Positions 45,042-54,817 of a stretch of 64,000 bases of DNA are shown one piece after another. Location of the stretch: positions 1-64,000 of IMG/VR virus record IMGVR_UViG_3300042566_000599. One strand, 5' to 3'. The DNA comes from a virus. Both the position numbers and the translations under genes were made by a program. The notes beneath the pieces are model-generated. The model made no database searches. It worked only from the letters and a program-made list of their open reading frames with translations, and was not told the origin of the DNA. The stretch's first letter is position 1; each line of letters begins with the position of its first letter.

Positions 45042-45365
45042 TTATCCCTTCGCTCCGTCATGTCCATCAACAAAGTGTTGATTAATAGAACGCTTTATGT
45101 TCCCCTGTAACCGTGATGTTGTACGGCTGTATTTAAGGTCTGGAACAACCCAACCCTGGTCTCCGTGCCATGCAACTGGAGTGTTGTATGACTTAACTAC
45201 ATATGATGGATTGTGTGAACGCATTGTTTCTGCGACATCTGACGGCAACATTCCTGTGCCATGTCCAACGTCTTCCATTGCACCACCACGGCTGCTTGGA
45301 CCTACAAAAGGTTCTTTAGCAGCAACTGCTTCACCAAGATTCTTGTGTGTAACTCTTTTTGCCAT
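45042..45365 (-). CDS. Hypothetical protein
   Basis: YVVKSYNTPVAW...YSRTTSR.Q motif. Confidence 0.6.
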   Translation of the reverse strand: MAKRVTHKNLGEAVAAKEPFVGPSSRGGAMEDVGHGTGMLPSDVAETMRSHNPSYVVKSYNTPVAWHGDQGWVVPDLKYSRTTSRLQGNIKRSINQHFVDGHDGAKG

Positions 45366-45367
45366 AA

Positions 45368-45517
45368 TTAAAATCCTAACTCAACAGCGCAAGACTGACA
45401 GACTCGTCCTTGTCCTGCATAATCCATTGCGCCTTTGCCTCCACAATTGTCACATTTCCAATTAGGGTTGTCACTAACTTTACGCTTTGGGTCATTGGAA
45501 CGGTCTGGAACTCCCAT
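45368..45517 (-). CDS. 49-aa Zn-ribbon peptide (not in ORF track)
   Basis: MGVPDRSNDPKRKV...CDNC...CQSC. Confidence 0.5.
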   Translation of the reverse strand: MGVPDRSNDPKRKVSDNPNWKCDNCGGKGAMDYAGQGRVCQSCAVELGF

Positions 45518-45519
45518 GA

Positions 45520-45723
45520 TTACTTACCTGGGTTTACTTTGTTTGGATACTCAGTAGTAGTAAAGCCATATCCATAGAATGGATGTAGAGACTGACGATT
45601 AGCCTCAGTTGCTGAGGTGTTCATTGCATTCTCTTCTGTGTCAGGGCGAACTTTACGGTACTTGCCGTCGGTTGCTCCTGCATCAAGGGATTTGTTCATC
45701 GAACGAGATGAGTTAACTGCCAT
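45520..45723 (-). CDS. Hypothetical protein
   Basis: Coupled ORF. Confidence 0.55.
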   Translation of the reverse strand: MAVNSSRSMNKSLDAGATDGKYRKVRPDTEENAMNTSATEANRQSLHPFYGYGFTTTEYPNKVNPGK

Positions 45724-45918
45724 TTATTTGCCTTTCTTTCTTGATTTAGGAGCAGACTTAATGCTTCCAGCACGGCCTGCAGCAAGTACAGATGCTCTGG
45801 CTTCCCAACTTTCTACAGAACGCTTCTTCTTTGTAGCACCTGGAAGATTAGTGCCGTACTTTTGAGTTAAAGACTCAATGCTAGGAAGAGCCGCTCCTCT
45901 GCGGTCGTTAAACATCAT
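45724..45918 (-). CDS. Small basic protein
   Basis: Coupled ORF. Confidence 0.5.
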   Translation of the reverse strand: MMFNDRRGAALPSIESLTQKYGTNLPGATKKKRSVESWEARASVLAAGRAGSIKSAPKSRKKGK

Positions 45919-46106
45919 TGCATTAATTCCTTTGCTCTCTTCTGCCGTTTGGCTGTAGTGCAGCCAGTGCAGTGCCCCTGGTTTGTTAGGAATTCTACAG
46001 GGTTAATTATCATCCCACAGGTTGGACAGTTGGAAGACCCATTGTATCTTGTAAGATTTTCAGCCTGTAGTTCCACAGTTAGCATGCCATCGCCATCGTC
46101 AGCCAT
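45915..46106 (-). CDS. Small Zn-ribbon protein
   Basis: CPTC...CTGC. Confidence 0.55.
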   Translation of the reverse strand: MADDGDGMLTVELQAENLTRYNGSSNCPTCGMIINPVEFLTNQGHCTGCTTAKRQKRAKELMQ

Positions 46107-46302
46107 TGTTCATCTCCCTACGCATTCTAGACTCAAACAAAACTTTTGAAAGCAGGTTAGCACCTGAAGTAGTTGCCTTGTACAGGGGATAGTCTCCCTC
46201 TAACTGAGAAACTGGAACGGCTGCGGCCCTCATTACTGCTCCGTGTTGTTCGGCTTGTGACATTCCTTTTTGCGCAAGAAAATCAGAAGAGTTATCAGCC
46301 AT
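46099..46302 (-). CDS. Hypothetical protein
   Basis: Coupled ORF. Confidence 0.5.
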   Translation of the reverse strand: MADNSSDFLAQKGMSQAEQHGAVMRAAAVPVSQLEGDYPLYKATTSGANLLSKVLFESRMRREMNNG

Positions 46303-46661
46303 TACTCACTCCCTAACGTGTTTCTAGATGCTCCAGTGTAGCCTGCTGGGCTTCCTGAGTACCATGAAGTGCGAGGTTCTACGTAGTTGCGGTCTACTGT
46401 TACAACATCATCAATGCCCACAGCACGACGGTCGTATCCATAGCGGTCTGGAAATAATCGAATCTGTGGAAGTGGTGGACGAACCATCTCTGCAATCTCT
46501 GTTCCAGGAATAGTTGCAACCATAAGTGCTTGCTGTGTTAGGCGCTCCATGTTAGAAGACCATGGACCGTTGTATTGCCAACGTTTTGCTACTTGGTCAG
46601 GTTGAACAGGAGCACGCCATGGCTTTGTGTGGTCATACACTCCATCATACTTCTGCGTCAT
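46302..46661 (-). CDS. Hypothetical protein
   Basis: Coupled ORF. Confidence 0.6.
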   Translation of the reverse strand: MTQKYDGVYDHTKPWRAPVQPDQVAKRWQYNGPWSSNMERLTQQALMVATIPGTEIAEMVRPPLPQIRLFPDRYGYDRRAVGIDDVVTVDRNYVEPRTSWYSGSPAGYTGASRNTLGSE

Positions 46662-47311
46662 AGTGCACCTCTATGAGAAACCCAAGATACTGCTTGAGTT
46701 TTATTAGGGATGTCTACACCAAGTTGTTCAGAAGCAGACTTGTATGCGTGCACAAAATGTTGATAACGACCCATAGCAGAAAGGCCGATGTCAGGCGACA
46801 TCTTTCCTCCACCACCACGTGGTGTTGATTTACGCCCAGTTCCTACAAAAGGATGTCCCATAGCAATGTCATAAGCATGACGGTCAATTGTTACTGGTTC
46901 TTTGTTACTTGGGTCGTGAATATTCTCAAAAAAACTACGGACTTTATGTCCACCCAGTACTTCGTGTGGGTCTTCTCCACTGTGAATTCGTCTTGCTTTT
47001 TCTACGTTTGCTGGAAGAAGTGCTCCTGGTACAGAGCCTGTTGTTCTAAGTTCGTGTGCTTGAGCAACATTCTTATCCCAATCATTGAGAGGAGATAATG
47101 CAGCAAGAATTCCTGCTCCTTTACGAACGTCTCCACTACCAACTTTTTTGGCTTCGTCATGAGCACGCTCATACCACTCAGAACCGCCCTTAAGTAGTTC
47201 AGGACTAGACTGGTTATACTTATTTAAAATATTTTGAACATGAACGTGAAACTGTTCTTGGGCTAAATTTTTATCCCAACTACCATGTTCGTTAACTCCA
47301 AAGAATGCCAT
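46658..47311 (-). CDS. HhH-glycosylase-like fold protein (DUF7178-like)
   Basis: WY..AH, AALSP...W..N, G.KV.SF..NI, VTIDRHA, QA.SW. Confidence 0.55.
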   Translation of the reverse strand: MAFFGVNEHGSWDKNLAQEQFHVHVQNILNKYNQSSPELLKGGSEWYERAHDEAKKVGSGDVRKGAGILAALSPLNDWDKNVAQAHELRTTGSVPGALLPANVEKARRIHSGEDPHEVLGGHKVRSFFENIHDPSNKEPVTIDRHAYDIAMGHPFVGTGRKSTPRGGGGKMSPDIGLSAMGRYQHFVHAYKSASEQLGVDIPNKTQAVSWVSHRGAL

Positions 47312-47844
47312 TATTGCCACGCAGGTTTCAAATAAGCCATCATGTTTTGACGGCGTACATCAATTTGACCTGGAGCATCTGATACTAAATTTGACTTACC
47401 ATCATTTACTAGGTGTGGAGCAGGAGTTAGTTGAGTTTGTGGAGCAAAACGCGGTGCACGGTAAACTACCGCACCTTTGCTTGCGTCTGCTTGTGCCAAC
47501 ATTTGACGACGAATACCCATATCTGACGTAAACTCTTGAGGCCAAAAGTACATAGATGGCTCAATACGTTCACCTTTATGAACACCTCGTTGATAAGCCT
47601 TTTGATTTACACGACTCTTTACTGAGTCAAGAAGTCTGTCATCTCGACGTGAGCGGATTGTTCCTAAATAACCGTCTGGATACTCAGCAGATGGGACGCG
47701 GCCAACACCAATACGTGTTGCATCCAGAAGGTCACGAGCAACTGGAGTTCCTGCCCCACCCTGGTTGTTATAACCAGCAAGTCCTCCGCCACCTAATGAT
47801 TGCCAGTTTTGACTAGCGGAAAAGTTATTAGCGCCTGTAGGCAT
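47311..47844 (-). CDS. Hypothetical protein
   Basis: Coupled ORF. Confidence 0.6.
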   Translation of the reverse strand: MPTGANNFSASQNWQSLGGGGLAGYNNQGGAGTPVARDLLDATRIGVGRVPSAEYPDGYLGTIRSRRDDRLLDSVKSRVNQKAYQRGVHKGERIEPSMYFWPQEFTSDMGIRRQMLAQADASKGAVVYRAPRFAPQTQLTPAPHLVNDGKSNLVSDAPGQIDVRRQNMMAYLKPAWQ

Positions 47845-48422
47845 CAGACACCTCTTCCTCTACGGTTCTTTGCAATCTTTGCATAAACTTCATTAATAGA
47901 AATTGGCTTTCCTCGTAAACGTGCGCCACGACTAATGTGAGATTGCTCAGCAAACTCCATAGCCTTTGGTTTTGGCTCCATACGTTCAGCAGCACTCGAC
48001 CCTGTTGAAGTACTACGAAATTCTGGATTAGATTCAATGCCCCTTAATTGACGGCTAAAATAAAGGTTGCCACCTTCTGGACGACGAGTATCCGTACCAC
48101 CGAGGTCATAACCAGCAATCTGCTTATCACGTTCTCCTGCTGAACGAGCAGACTCTAAACTTGTGTGCTTTTGACTTACGTCTTGAAATATTTTATTACC
48201 AGATTTCCAAGCACCCTGATAGTCACTACTAGTTGCTTGTACTTCATGTTCTTTTCTAAAAGACTTTGCTTGTTCAGGAGTTAACGGAGCATCTGTTATC
48301 TTTTCAGCACCTGGTTTTGAGACCATAATGCCAGGTCCTTTTGCAGGTTGAAAGGTTCGTAAATTGCGGCTTGCTCCGCCTTCATTTGCTAGTTTTGCAA
48401 ATTCAGAATTACTCAGCACCAC
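47844..48422 (-). CDS. Hypothetical protein with LSNSEF leader
   Basis: MVLSNSEF; GAW...DVS...Q.A.YDL. Confidence 0.6.
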   Translation of the reverse strand: MVLSNSEFAKLANEGGASRNLRTFQPAKGPGIMVSKPGAEKITDAPLTPEQAKSFRKEHEVQATSSDYQGAWKSGNKIFQDVSQKHTSLESARSAGERDKQIAGYDLGGTDTRRPEGGNLYFSRQLRGIESNPEFRSTSTGSSAAERMEPKPKAMEFAEQSHISRGARLRGKPISINEVYAKIAKNRRGRGV

Positions 48423-48678
48423 GACCTACCCCCTTGTCAGAACGAGGCAAACTAGGGGTAGCGTCATCATCAAACTTGTACACAGAACCAGAACTCTTTT
48501 TTGAGTAAGGTAGAGGTCCGCCCTTACCCATATCACGGGTACGCCAAGCAGTGCGTTGTTCATAGGTTCCGCGAGTAGCAGAACCGTACGATACTGGTGA
48601 CTCTATTTCAGGAGTGACTGGCGTAACAATGCTGTTGTCATCCCCGAACTGTGAATAAGAACGAGGTTGTGTTGGCAC
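48409..48678 (-). CDS. Hypothetical protein
   Basis: MPTQPRSYSQF... Confidence 0.5.
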   Translation of the reverse strand: MPTQPRSYSQFGDDNSIVTPVTPEIESPVSYGSATRGTYEQRTAWRTRDMGKGGPLPYSKKSSGSVYKFDDDATPSLPRSDKGVGRGAE

Positions 48679-48680
48679 TT

Positions 48681-49139
48681 TTAGTTACCGTTGTCCATCC
48701 CGTATGTGAAGTCAGCACTTTGACGTCCACGAACTGAAGGAACAACTTTTGCATTTGAAAGAGTTGCTGATGCTTCAATTGAGTGAACTGCTGGAAACTT
48801 TGCTCCAACAACATAGCGAGCACCCATACGCTCAGACTGTGCTGCATTTCCTGCAGGAACATTCTTGCGATTTGCTTTGTTCATAATTGTTGGGTCGCCA
48901 GCCTGTGTGTTCTTCTTAGGCATCAGTTTTCCACGTAGTGGTTTTGCACTGATGTTAGTTACACCAGAGTAGTCTGTGCCTACGTAACGACGTGGACTCG
49001 ACATGTGTGCTGCTGATGCTAAAACTTCTTCTGGGGTGTCAATACTTCTGTTTTTCATAGTACCTACCGATTCGAGATGACTTGTAGGAGCACCCATGCG
49101 ACGGCGCATTGCGTGACCCATTCCTGACCAAGTTGCCAT
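48681..49139 (-). CDS. Hypothetical protein
   Basis: SD AAGGAG. Confidence 0.6.
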   Translation of the reverse strand: MATWSGMGHAMRRRMGAPTSHLESVGTMKNRSIDTPEEVLASAAHMSSPRRYVGTDYSGVTNISAKPLRGKLMPKKNTQAGDPTIMNKANRKNVPAGNAAQSERMGARYVVGAKFPAVHSIEASATLSNAKVVPSVRGRQSADFTYGMDNGN

Positions 49140-49175
49140 AATAACTCCCTTGCTTACTCCAAGGATAAGCCCGTT

Positions 49176-49463
49176 TTAACTGGCTGTAATGACGAATACG
49201 ATGGCGCTTATCTCTCCATCGCGGCTTTCAATTGTCGTAAAACCTGGCTTACAGGTTAAGTCCATGCCACGAGGAGCGACATAGCCACGAGAAATTGCGA
49301 TTGCTTTTACAGCCTGGTTCACTGCTCCAGCGCCTACAGCACGTAGTTTGACCTCGTGCTTTTCATAGATTGCATGAGCGATTGCTGATGCAACGGATTG
49401 AGGGTTTGACCCTGCGCTTACTCGTAAAAACGGTTCTTCTGTAGAGGTTACTTCTATAGTCAC
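49176..49463 (-). CDS. spoVS: SpoVS-family protein
   Basis: LRVSA.SNP.SVA.AIA...AVGAGAVNQAVKAIAI.RG.VAP.G.DL...PGF. Confidence 0.92.
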   Translation of the reverse strand: MTIEVTSTEEPFLRVSAGSNPQSVASAIAHAIYEKHEVKLRAVGAGAVNQAVKAIAISRGYVAPRGMDLTCKPGFTTIESRDGEISAIVFVITAS

Positions 49464-49518
49464 AGATATGAGTCCTTTGGGTTCGATGTAGTGCCACTCC
49501 TAAGACAAAATAGTAGAA

Positions 49519-50097
49519 CTAATCTCTGGATTGGTCTCGATATTTGATGTCCTGAATTTGGGTTACGACAGCCTCTTCTACCTTGTCCTTGGCTATACCA
49601 GCAGCCAATCTAGCCAGAGCGTATGAGTCGGCAGCATTATCGTCGTTGAATTCTATGCCCCATCTTTTATATATTTGCAGCAACATCTCTTGCTTTTTAG
49701 CGTTCCCTTTACCTGCTGCATACTTCTTTAAAGTCATTGGAGGAACCATTACTGGAAATCTAATGTCGTCATCAAAGTAGTCGTAGATGGTCAACTTTAC
49801 TAGAGCAGATAGTTCACCCAGTACTAATGCGGAATGACTAGCAAGCACAGTGCCTTCCATCGCAATTTTCTGTATGGCATGAGTTTCAGAAATGTAGTCA
49901 AGATGGTCAAACAAAAATTGACGAATGTCTACTAGACGCTCAACACCAAAGTAAGGTGATTTGTATACCCAAGTGTGATACTTAGACGGTTGATTAATTT
50001 GCAAAGCAGTGAAGGCAAATCCAGTAAGAGATTGGTCAATGCCTATTGTTACCGAGTTACCATCTTCAAGATTACCGTCAAATGATTTGGTCGGCAC
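49519..50097 (-). CDS. ruvC: RuvC-like Holliday junction resolvase
   Basis: IGIDQSLTG, AMEG, LKKYAAGKGNAKK, DDNAADS. Confidence 0.85.
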   Translation of the reverse strand: MPTKSFDGNLEDGNSVTIGIDQSLTGFAFTALQINQPSKYHTWVYKSPYFGVERLVDIRQFLFDHLDYISETHAIQKIAMEGTVLASHSALVLGELSALVKLTIYDYFDDDIRFPVMVPPMTLKKYAAGKGNAKKQEMLLQIYKRWGIEFNDDNAADSYALARLAAGIAKDKVEEAVVTQIQDIKYRDQSRD

Positions 50098-50362
50098 GGC
50101 GCTCTCTTTCGGTAATTACCATGTCAACAGTTCCTAGATAACCAGCGCCGTCTACCAAGTTATCCCTCTTATGTTTGTAGGCTTCTCTTGCAATCTTTAC
50201 CCAAGTCATAGCAAGACCGACCTGTTCTTCTGTAAGTTCTATATTAAAGATTACTTCCCATCCCTTTTTGATTCGATTAAAGTTATCAAGGGGATGGTCG
50301 TAAGACTCATTTCTGTCATTGTTTATTAACTGGTGTGCTTCAGGCAAAATTGGTTCACTCAT
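50078..50362 (-). CDS. DUF6378-like protein
   Basis: DR..SY..P..NF.RI...W...KIAR...KRDN.VD.AGY. Confidence 0.75.
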   Translation of the reverse strand: MSEPILPEAHQLINNDRNESYDHPLDNFNRIKKGWEVIFNIELTEEQVGLAMTWVKIAREAYKHKRDNLVDGAGYLGTVDMVITERERRADQII

Positions 50363-51234
50363 GGAATTAGTACATACCTTCCTGTTAGCCATTGGTTAGA
50401 TGCAGTTGTTGTTGCGATGCTTGCGTATGTCTCATTAATTGTTGACTTCAAGTTCTTCATCCACCACCCAGCAAAAGCAGCAGTGGAATTGGACGTGCCT
50501 ACAGCAAATTGTTTTGTGCCATTCATTGCAGTATGAAAGAAACGACCATTAGTGTAGAAGTCAGTAGATGTGTGGCCATTGCTGTACAAAGCAATAGTTG
50601 GAGTTGCGTCTTTATTCCAAGCCTCGCCACCTCGTAATGCAGGATTATCGGTTGCTCCAACAGAGACTACATCAGCAATACAAGCAGGAACAGCGATATT
50701 GGCTCTGTTCTTTTCATTACCAGTGGAAGCAATTACTGCTACCTCTTGTTGTTTCAAGGAAGAAATTGTTCCAGTTAATTCGGATGTTGCTCTACATGGA
50801 GCGTTTACTTTTCCTTGAGAGATGCTAACGGCTTTAATATTGTGTTTAGAAGCATTTGCTACAACCCATTCAAGAGCCTTGGTAATATCGTCAATGGTGT
50901 AAGCACCTGCTCTACCATTAGTGCTCAATCCAAGAACTCGAATTAACACAACTTTTGCATTAGGATTTACTCCTGTAAGAATTGAAAGCATGGTTGTCCC
51001 ATGAGCAAAGGCTGGAAGTGAATTGGCTGCAACCGACGCTGCTCCAGTGCCTTCTTGAAAACGTGTTCCGTTAGGACAGGCTGCGTTAGAAACAATACAA
51101 ACTTCGTGAACTACATTGTTTGGAAACAAAGATGCATTAAACCCAACATCAATAATTGCAACAGTAGGCGATTGTGCGTTGGCTGGATATAAACCCCCAA
51201 CCAATAGTAAAACTACAACCAATAACTTTTTCAT
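50359..51234 (-). CDS. Secreted subtilisin-like (S8) protease
   Basis: Signal peptide; VAIID, HGT, GN, GTS triad motifs. Confidence 0.85.
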   Translation of the reverse strand: MKKLLVVVLLLVGGLYPANAQSPTVAIIDVGFNASLFPNNVVHEVCIVSNAACPNGTRFQEGTGAASVAANSLPAFAHGTTMLSILTGVNPNAKVVLIRVLGLSTNGRAGAYTIDDITKALEWVVANASKHNIKAVSISQGKVNAPCRATSELTGTISSLKQQEVAVIASTGNEKNRANIAVPACIADVVSVGATDNPALRGGEAWNKDATPTIALYSNGHTSTDFYTNGRFFHTAMNGTKQFAVGTSNSTAAFAGWWMKNLKSTINETYASIATTTASNQWLTGRYVLIP

Positions 51235-51698
51235 ACGTATTCCCTCCTTGGCCCTCCAGCCGTTCTACGAGTTATCTCTCTTGAAACTAAAGTGATGTCT
51301 CGTTCTTGGTTATTAAGCATCATTTCTAGAATCTTGCGACGAGCATACTTCTCTTCGAACTTATCTTCAAGTTCTAAAACTTCAGAATCAACTGCAATCT
51401 GTGCTCTAATCAAAGTTACTTTATCGCCTTTTGTTGCAGAACCCATTTTCTCTACCATTAGACGATTAGTCTTTAGGTCTAAGGCTCGTTGAGCCCCTCT
51501 TTCCTGTAACTGCGATTCCGCTAACTGAGAGGCTATGTAATCGGCCCAACCAGTTAACACAGTAAACAACTCAGCCAACTGCTCACTACTAAGAGAAGTA
51601 ATGTCTGGCGGTAGAGGAGTTAACTCATAGGTGGGTTTTGGTACTTCAACAGCCTTTTCTAATAAAGGGTCCCAAGTATTTACGGAATTAAGTCGCAT
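51231..51698 (-). CDS. Helical protein, possible recombination mediator
   Basis: Coiled coil ending in SREITRR, within the recombination cluster. Confidence 0.5.
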   Translation of the reverse strand: MRLNSVNTWDPLLEKAVEVPKPTYELTPLPPDITSLSSEQLAELFTVLTGWADYIASQLAESQLQERGAQRALDLKTNRLMVEKMGSATKGDKVTLIRAQIAVDSEVLELEDKFEEKYARRKILEMMLNNQERDITLVSREITRRTAGGPRREYV

Positions 51699-52528
51699 TG
51701 TTTACACCCATCTCTAGATACGTTGCATTTAGGTATAACATCAGCATCTACTGCATCAATTACTTTTTTAGCAGCGTTAAAAATTCTTTCAACAATTTCA
51801 AAATCAGCCTTTACTGTGAACTCTTTGTAGTCCTGGTCTGCTTTCAACTCATAAAGAAACACAATTTCTTTAGGCGCTTCATCTCCATACATACGACTAG
51901 CCAGTTCTAAGTACATTTGACCCTGCAATAGGTGACTGCGAAATGGTCTACGAATATTCTTCCAAGCCCTTGTAACATCACCATCAGCATCGTACAAAAG
52001 GTCTGGAGCCTCAAACCTCAGAGTTCCTGCTCCAATAGACTTTATTTCTATCAAACAATCTTCACCAAGGTTCTTAATCCAACCATCTGTATGACCAGAA
52101 ATACGTAATGAGTCTTCTCTAAGACTTACTTCACCGTACTCTAAAACATCACATCCGCAATGCTCACACTCTTTAGGTGACAGTCCAAAAGTAATACCTT
52201 TGCAATAAACACAATTAAACTTTCCATACAAGTTACCCATTTCATAAAAACGGTTTTGCCATTTTTCATGGATGGCGTGCCCTTCGTCAAAGATGTTCTG
52301 TAGTCTAAGAGACGGTTTGTCTGGCTTCTTTTTACCGCCTTTTAATAGGTAAAAAGAATACCTATGACACCAATCAGACTTGATAATTTCAGATGGGTGT
52401 AAAACATCTGTTCTTCGGTCTGACTCTGGGCTACGCAAAAGGTGTCTCTCTACATCACCTATAAGACGTGTTTCAGTCTTTTTGGCATCCAAGAACTTCT
52501 TTAGGTCTTTCGACGCTTGAACTGGCAT
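51680..52528 (-). CDS. Cas4-like/PD-(D/E)XK exonuclease
   Basis: HPSE...C.R, G.AIH, GHTDG, IEIKS, Q..MY, C-terminal Cys. Confidence 0.8.
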   Translation of the reverse strand: MPVQASKDLKKFLDAKKTETRLIGDVERHLLRSPESDRRTDVLHPSEIIKSDWCHRYSFYLLKGGKKKPDKPSLRLQNIFDEGHAIHEKWQNRFYEMGNLYGKFNCVYCKGITFGLSPKECEHCGCDVLEYGEVSLREDSLRISGHTDGWIKNLGEDCLIEIKSIGAGTLRFEAPDLLYDADGDVTRAWKNIRRPFRSHLLQGQMYLELASRMYGDEAPKEIVFLYELKADQDYKEFTVKADFEIVERIFNAAKKVIDAVDADVIPKCNVSRDGCKQCDLIP

Positions 52529-52845
52529 TACACATCCTTACTAAATATAAACTCTTCTAAGGTCATTTTCTTTTTGTATTTTTTTTGCCACTTTCGTACT
52601 AAAGCGTTCCTTTCTCGATGAGAGAGTCCTCCCCAAATTCCATGAGGCTCGTCTCTAGAGACTGCGTCCCATAAACATGCGTTTTTAACTGGACAGTGAG
52701 TTTTTCCGTTCTCACCAAAACAAAAAGCCTTTGCTTTTTCAGCAATGACTTTGTACTGCTCCTTATCTCGTGGTGGATAAAAGAGGTCAGTATCTTCTCC
52801 TGAGCATTTAGCCTGATATCTCCAGGCGTACTCTGGTTCTTCCAT
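52528..52845 (-). CDS. whiB: WhiB-family transcription factor
   Basis: W...AKC...D.DLFYP, CPV...CL, GIWGGLS..ER. Confidence 0.9.
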   Translation of the reverse strand: MEEPEYAWRYQAKCSGEDTDLFYPPRDKEQYKVIAEKAKAFCFGENGKTHCPVKNACLWDAVSRDEPHGIWGGLSHRERNALVRKWQKKYKKKMTLEEFIFSKDV

Positions 52846-52848
52846 ATG

Positions 52849-53166
52849 TTAGGCATCCTTTGTCTTGTCTCGCATCTCTAGGAAATCATTCTCAAGAAGA
52901 ATGACGTAATCTTCCCCATCGAGATGAATGCCTAAAACTGGCATTCTTCCTTCAAGGATTGCCTCTCTAACGTTCTTTTTTAAAACATCGGACTTTACAG
53001 TGAATTGTTTTTTTCCAGTCCACTTGTGCTCAATCAGCAGGTCGTCTGAACGCACATCGCCCTTTCTTGCCCAAAGAGCACCCGACGCCGCATTACGTGT
53101 TCCACCAATGGTTTTGGCAAGACGTTTCTCATGCTTCAGGGACTCTTTTTGCCCTTTACTCCTCAA
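52849..53166 (-). CDS. PD-(D/E)XK resolvase-like endonuclease
   Basis: HEKRLA...SGA...KGDV.....IEHK. Confidence 0.7.
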   Translation of the reverse strand: MRSKGQKESLKHEKRLAKTIGGTRNAASGALWARKGDVRSDDLLIEHKWTGKKQFTVKSDVLKKNVREAILEGRMPVLGIHLDGEDYVILLENDFLEMRDKTKDA

Positions 53167-53404
53167 GTTCTATTTTGCCTTCCTCGTAACCGTGAAGCAA
53201 CTTAGGAACTATATAGAACAAGGTCTCTCTCCAAAAACACCTGTTACAGCCACAAAAAGGTTCTCCCGATAATGTTTCAGTGACCTCTTCATCTGCTCCT
53301 TCAGAATAAACGGCTTCGAATAACATGTCGGTGTAGGTCTCTACCCCTCGTTCTAACTCTTCTGCCCATTCTGGGTCATTTACAAAAAACTCCTTCTCAG
53401 TCAT
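53156..53404 (-). CDS. Hypothetical protein
   Basis: FCGC..C..RE. Confidence 0.55.
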   Translation of the reverse strand: MTEKEFFVNDPEWAEELERGVETYTDMLFEAVYSEGADEEVTETLSGEPFCGCNRCFWRETLFYIVPKLLHGYEEGKIELEE

Positions 53405-54443
53405 CGGAACCTACTGATATCGCGTCTGTAGATTCAAGAACAAGTTTTTCTAACTCTTCTTTTAAATCCAATTCACTGCGAAGACTGTCAATGACAGACT
53501 CAGTGCCTTGCCATTTTCTTTCACCGTAGTAATACCATCCACCCTTACGCTCTATAACCCCTTTGACGACTGCAAGAGCAGCGATTTCTTTAGCAAAGTC
53601 ATACTCTCCAGGAAGGCAAGCGCCACCATTTGTAAAGTAAAAGTCAAAATATGCAACTCTTTGTGGGGGAGCCGTTTTATTCTTAAGAGTCCTAACCTTG
53701 ATTCGTTGACCAATTCGGACCTTATTGTTACCTGAACCAAGTTCAATCCATTCATCTCGACGGATTTCACACCGAGTAAAAAATGCATAATTCTTTCCCT
53801 CACCTCCAGGAGTGGTGCGAGGGTCTCCGTGCATTACACCAATCTTCATGCGGTACTGATTGATGACAATACCCAATACTGGGCGTTCTGCTTCAACAAG
53901 GCTTCTTTTCATTGCAGTACCGACAACTCTAAAGAACTTGTTAGTTAGTAGTGCTCCTCTTCCTACAGTTGCTTCGTCCATATTCTTTTCTAACTCAGGA
54001 GAAGGTGATAAGGCTGGAAGAGAGTCGATAACAATTGCGTCTACAGACTTAGACTCAGCAAAAGCAATGACTGCATCATAGGCTTCTTCCATAACGCTAG
54101 TCTCAACGACAATAACTCTGCTGGTATCGACACCACACATTTCAGCATATTCAGGTACCCATGCTTCTGCTGCAACCCAAACAGTTGTGAAGTTTGGGTC
54201 TTTCTCTTGATTAGCAGCGATAGTTTTTAAGGCTACTGCTGTCTTTCCATGAGACGGTTCGCCAATTAATTCATTCCATTGATTTCCAGGAAATCCACCG
54301 CCCAAGACATAGTCGAGAGTTGTAGAACCGCTGGTAAACCTAGGAACAAGGTCAGAACGAATATCATTAGCAAACACAACAACGCCATCACCAAACTTTT
54401 TATTAAGTTGTGCGACAATCTTTTTTGCCTCATCAGTTATCAT
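53397..54443 (-). CDS. recA: RecA recombinase
   Basis: SGS..LD..LGGG.P, GEPSHGKT, VIDS, INQ.R.KIGVM.GDP.TTPGG. Confidence 0.95.
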   Translation of the reverse strand: MITDEAKKIVAQLNKKFGDGVVVFANDIRSDLVPRFTSGSTTLDYVLGGGFPGNQWNELIGEPSHGKTAVALKTIAANQEKDPNFTTVWVAAEAWVPEYAEMCGVDTSRVIVVETSVMEEAYDAVIAFAESKSVDAIVIDSLPALSPSPELEKNMDEATVGRGALLTNKFFRVVGTAMKRSLVEAERPVLGIVINQYRMKIGVMHGDPRTTPGGEGKNYAFFTRCEIRRDEWIELGSGNNKVRIGQRIKVRTLKNKTAPPQRVAYFDFYFTNGGACLPGEYDFAKEIAALAVVKGVIERKGGWYYYGERKWQGTESVIDSLRSELDLKEELEKLVLESTDAISVGSDD

Positions 54444-54817
54444 CCATCAATCCTTCCAACTATCTGTTGTGGGTTAAAGTTATTTGTTACATCGTTTCCT
54501 CGGGCTGACTTTGTTGTCCCCTCTACTTTTGCTCCAGTTAAAGAACCGTATCGACTACCAGATTGCTCAAGAGGATACCCGCAGTCATAGCAACGTAACT
54601 TTGCGCCAGCAACACTCATGTAGTTGTTAGAAGAACAATTTGGACAAGACTGTGTCTGTGCAGCACTCTGTGCCTTTGATAAAGGAGCAGAAGGCTGTGA
54701 AGGAACATACTGAGTCATAGGCTGTTGAGACGGTGGCATAGGCATGTTTGTTGGACGCGATTGTTGTGGGGGTGTTTGTTGTCCTAGTTTATCTGCCCAC
54801 CAGTTTGCATTACTCAT
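54440..54817 (-). CDS. Zn-ribbon protein
   Basis: CPNC...CYDCGYP. Confidence 0.6.
   Translation of the reverse strand: MSNANWWADKLGQQTPPQQSRPTNMPMPPSQQPMTQYVPSQPSAPLSKAQSAAQTQSCPNCSSNNYMSVAGAKLRCYDCGYPLEQSGSRYGSLTGAKVEGTTKSARGNDVTNNFNPQQIVGRIDG

Noticed and set aside
51680-52528. Cas4-like nuclease as a sign of CRISPR-Cas
   Set aside because: No repeat-spacer array or other cas genes; stand-alone Cas4-like exonucleases are routine in phage recombination modules
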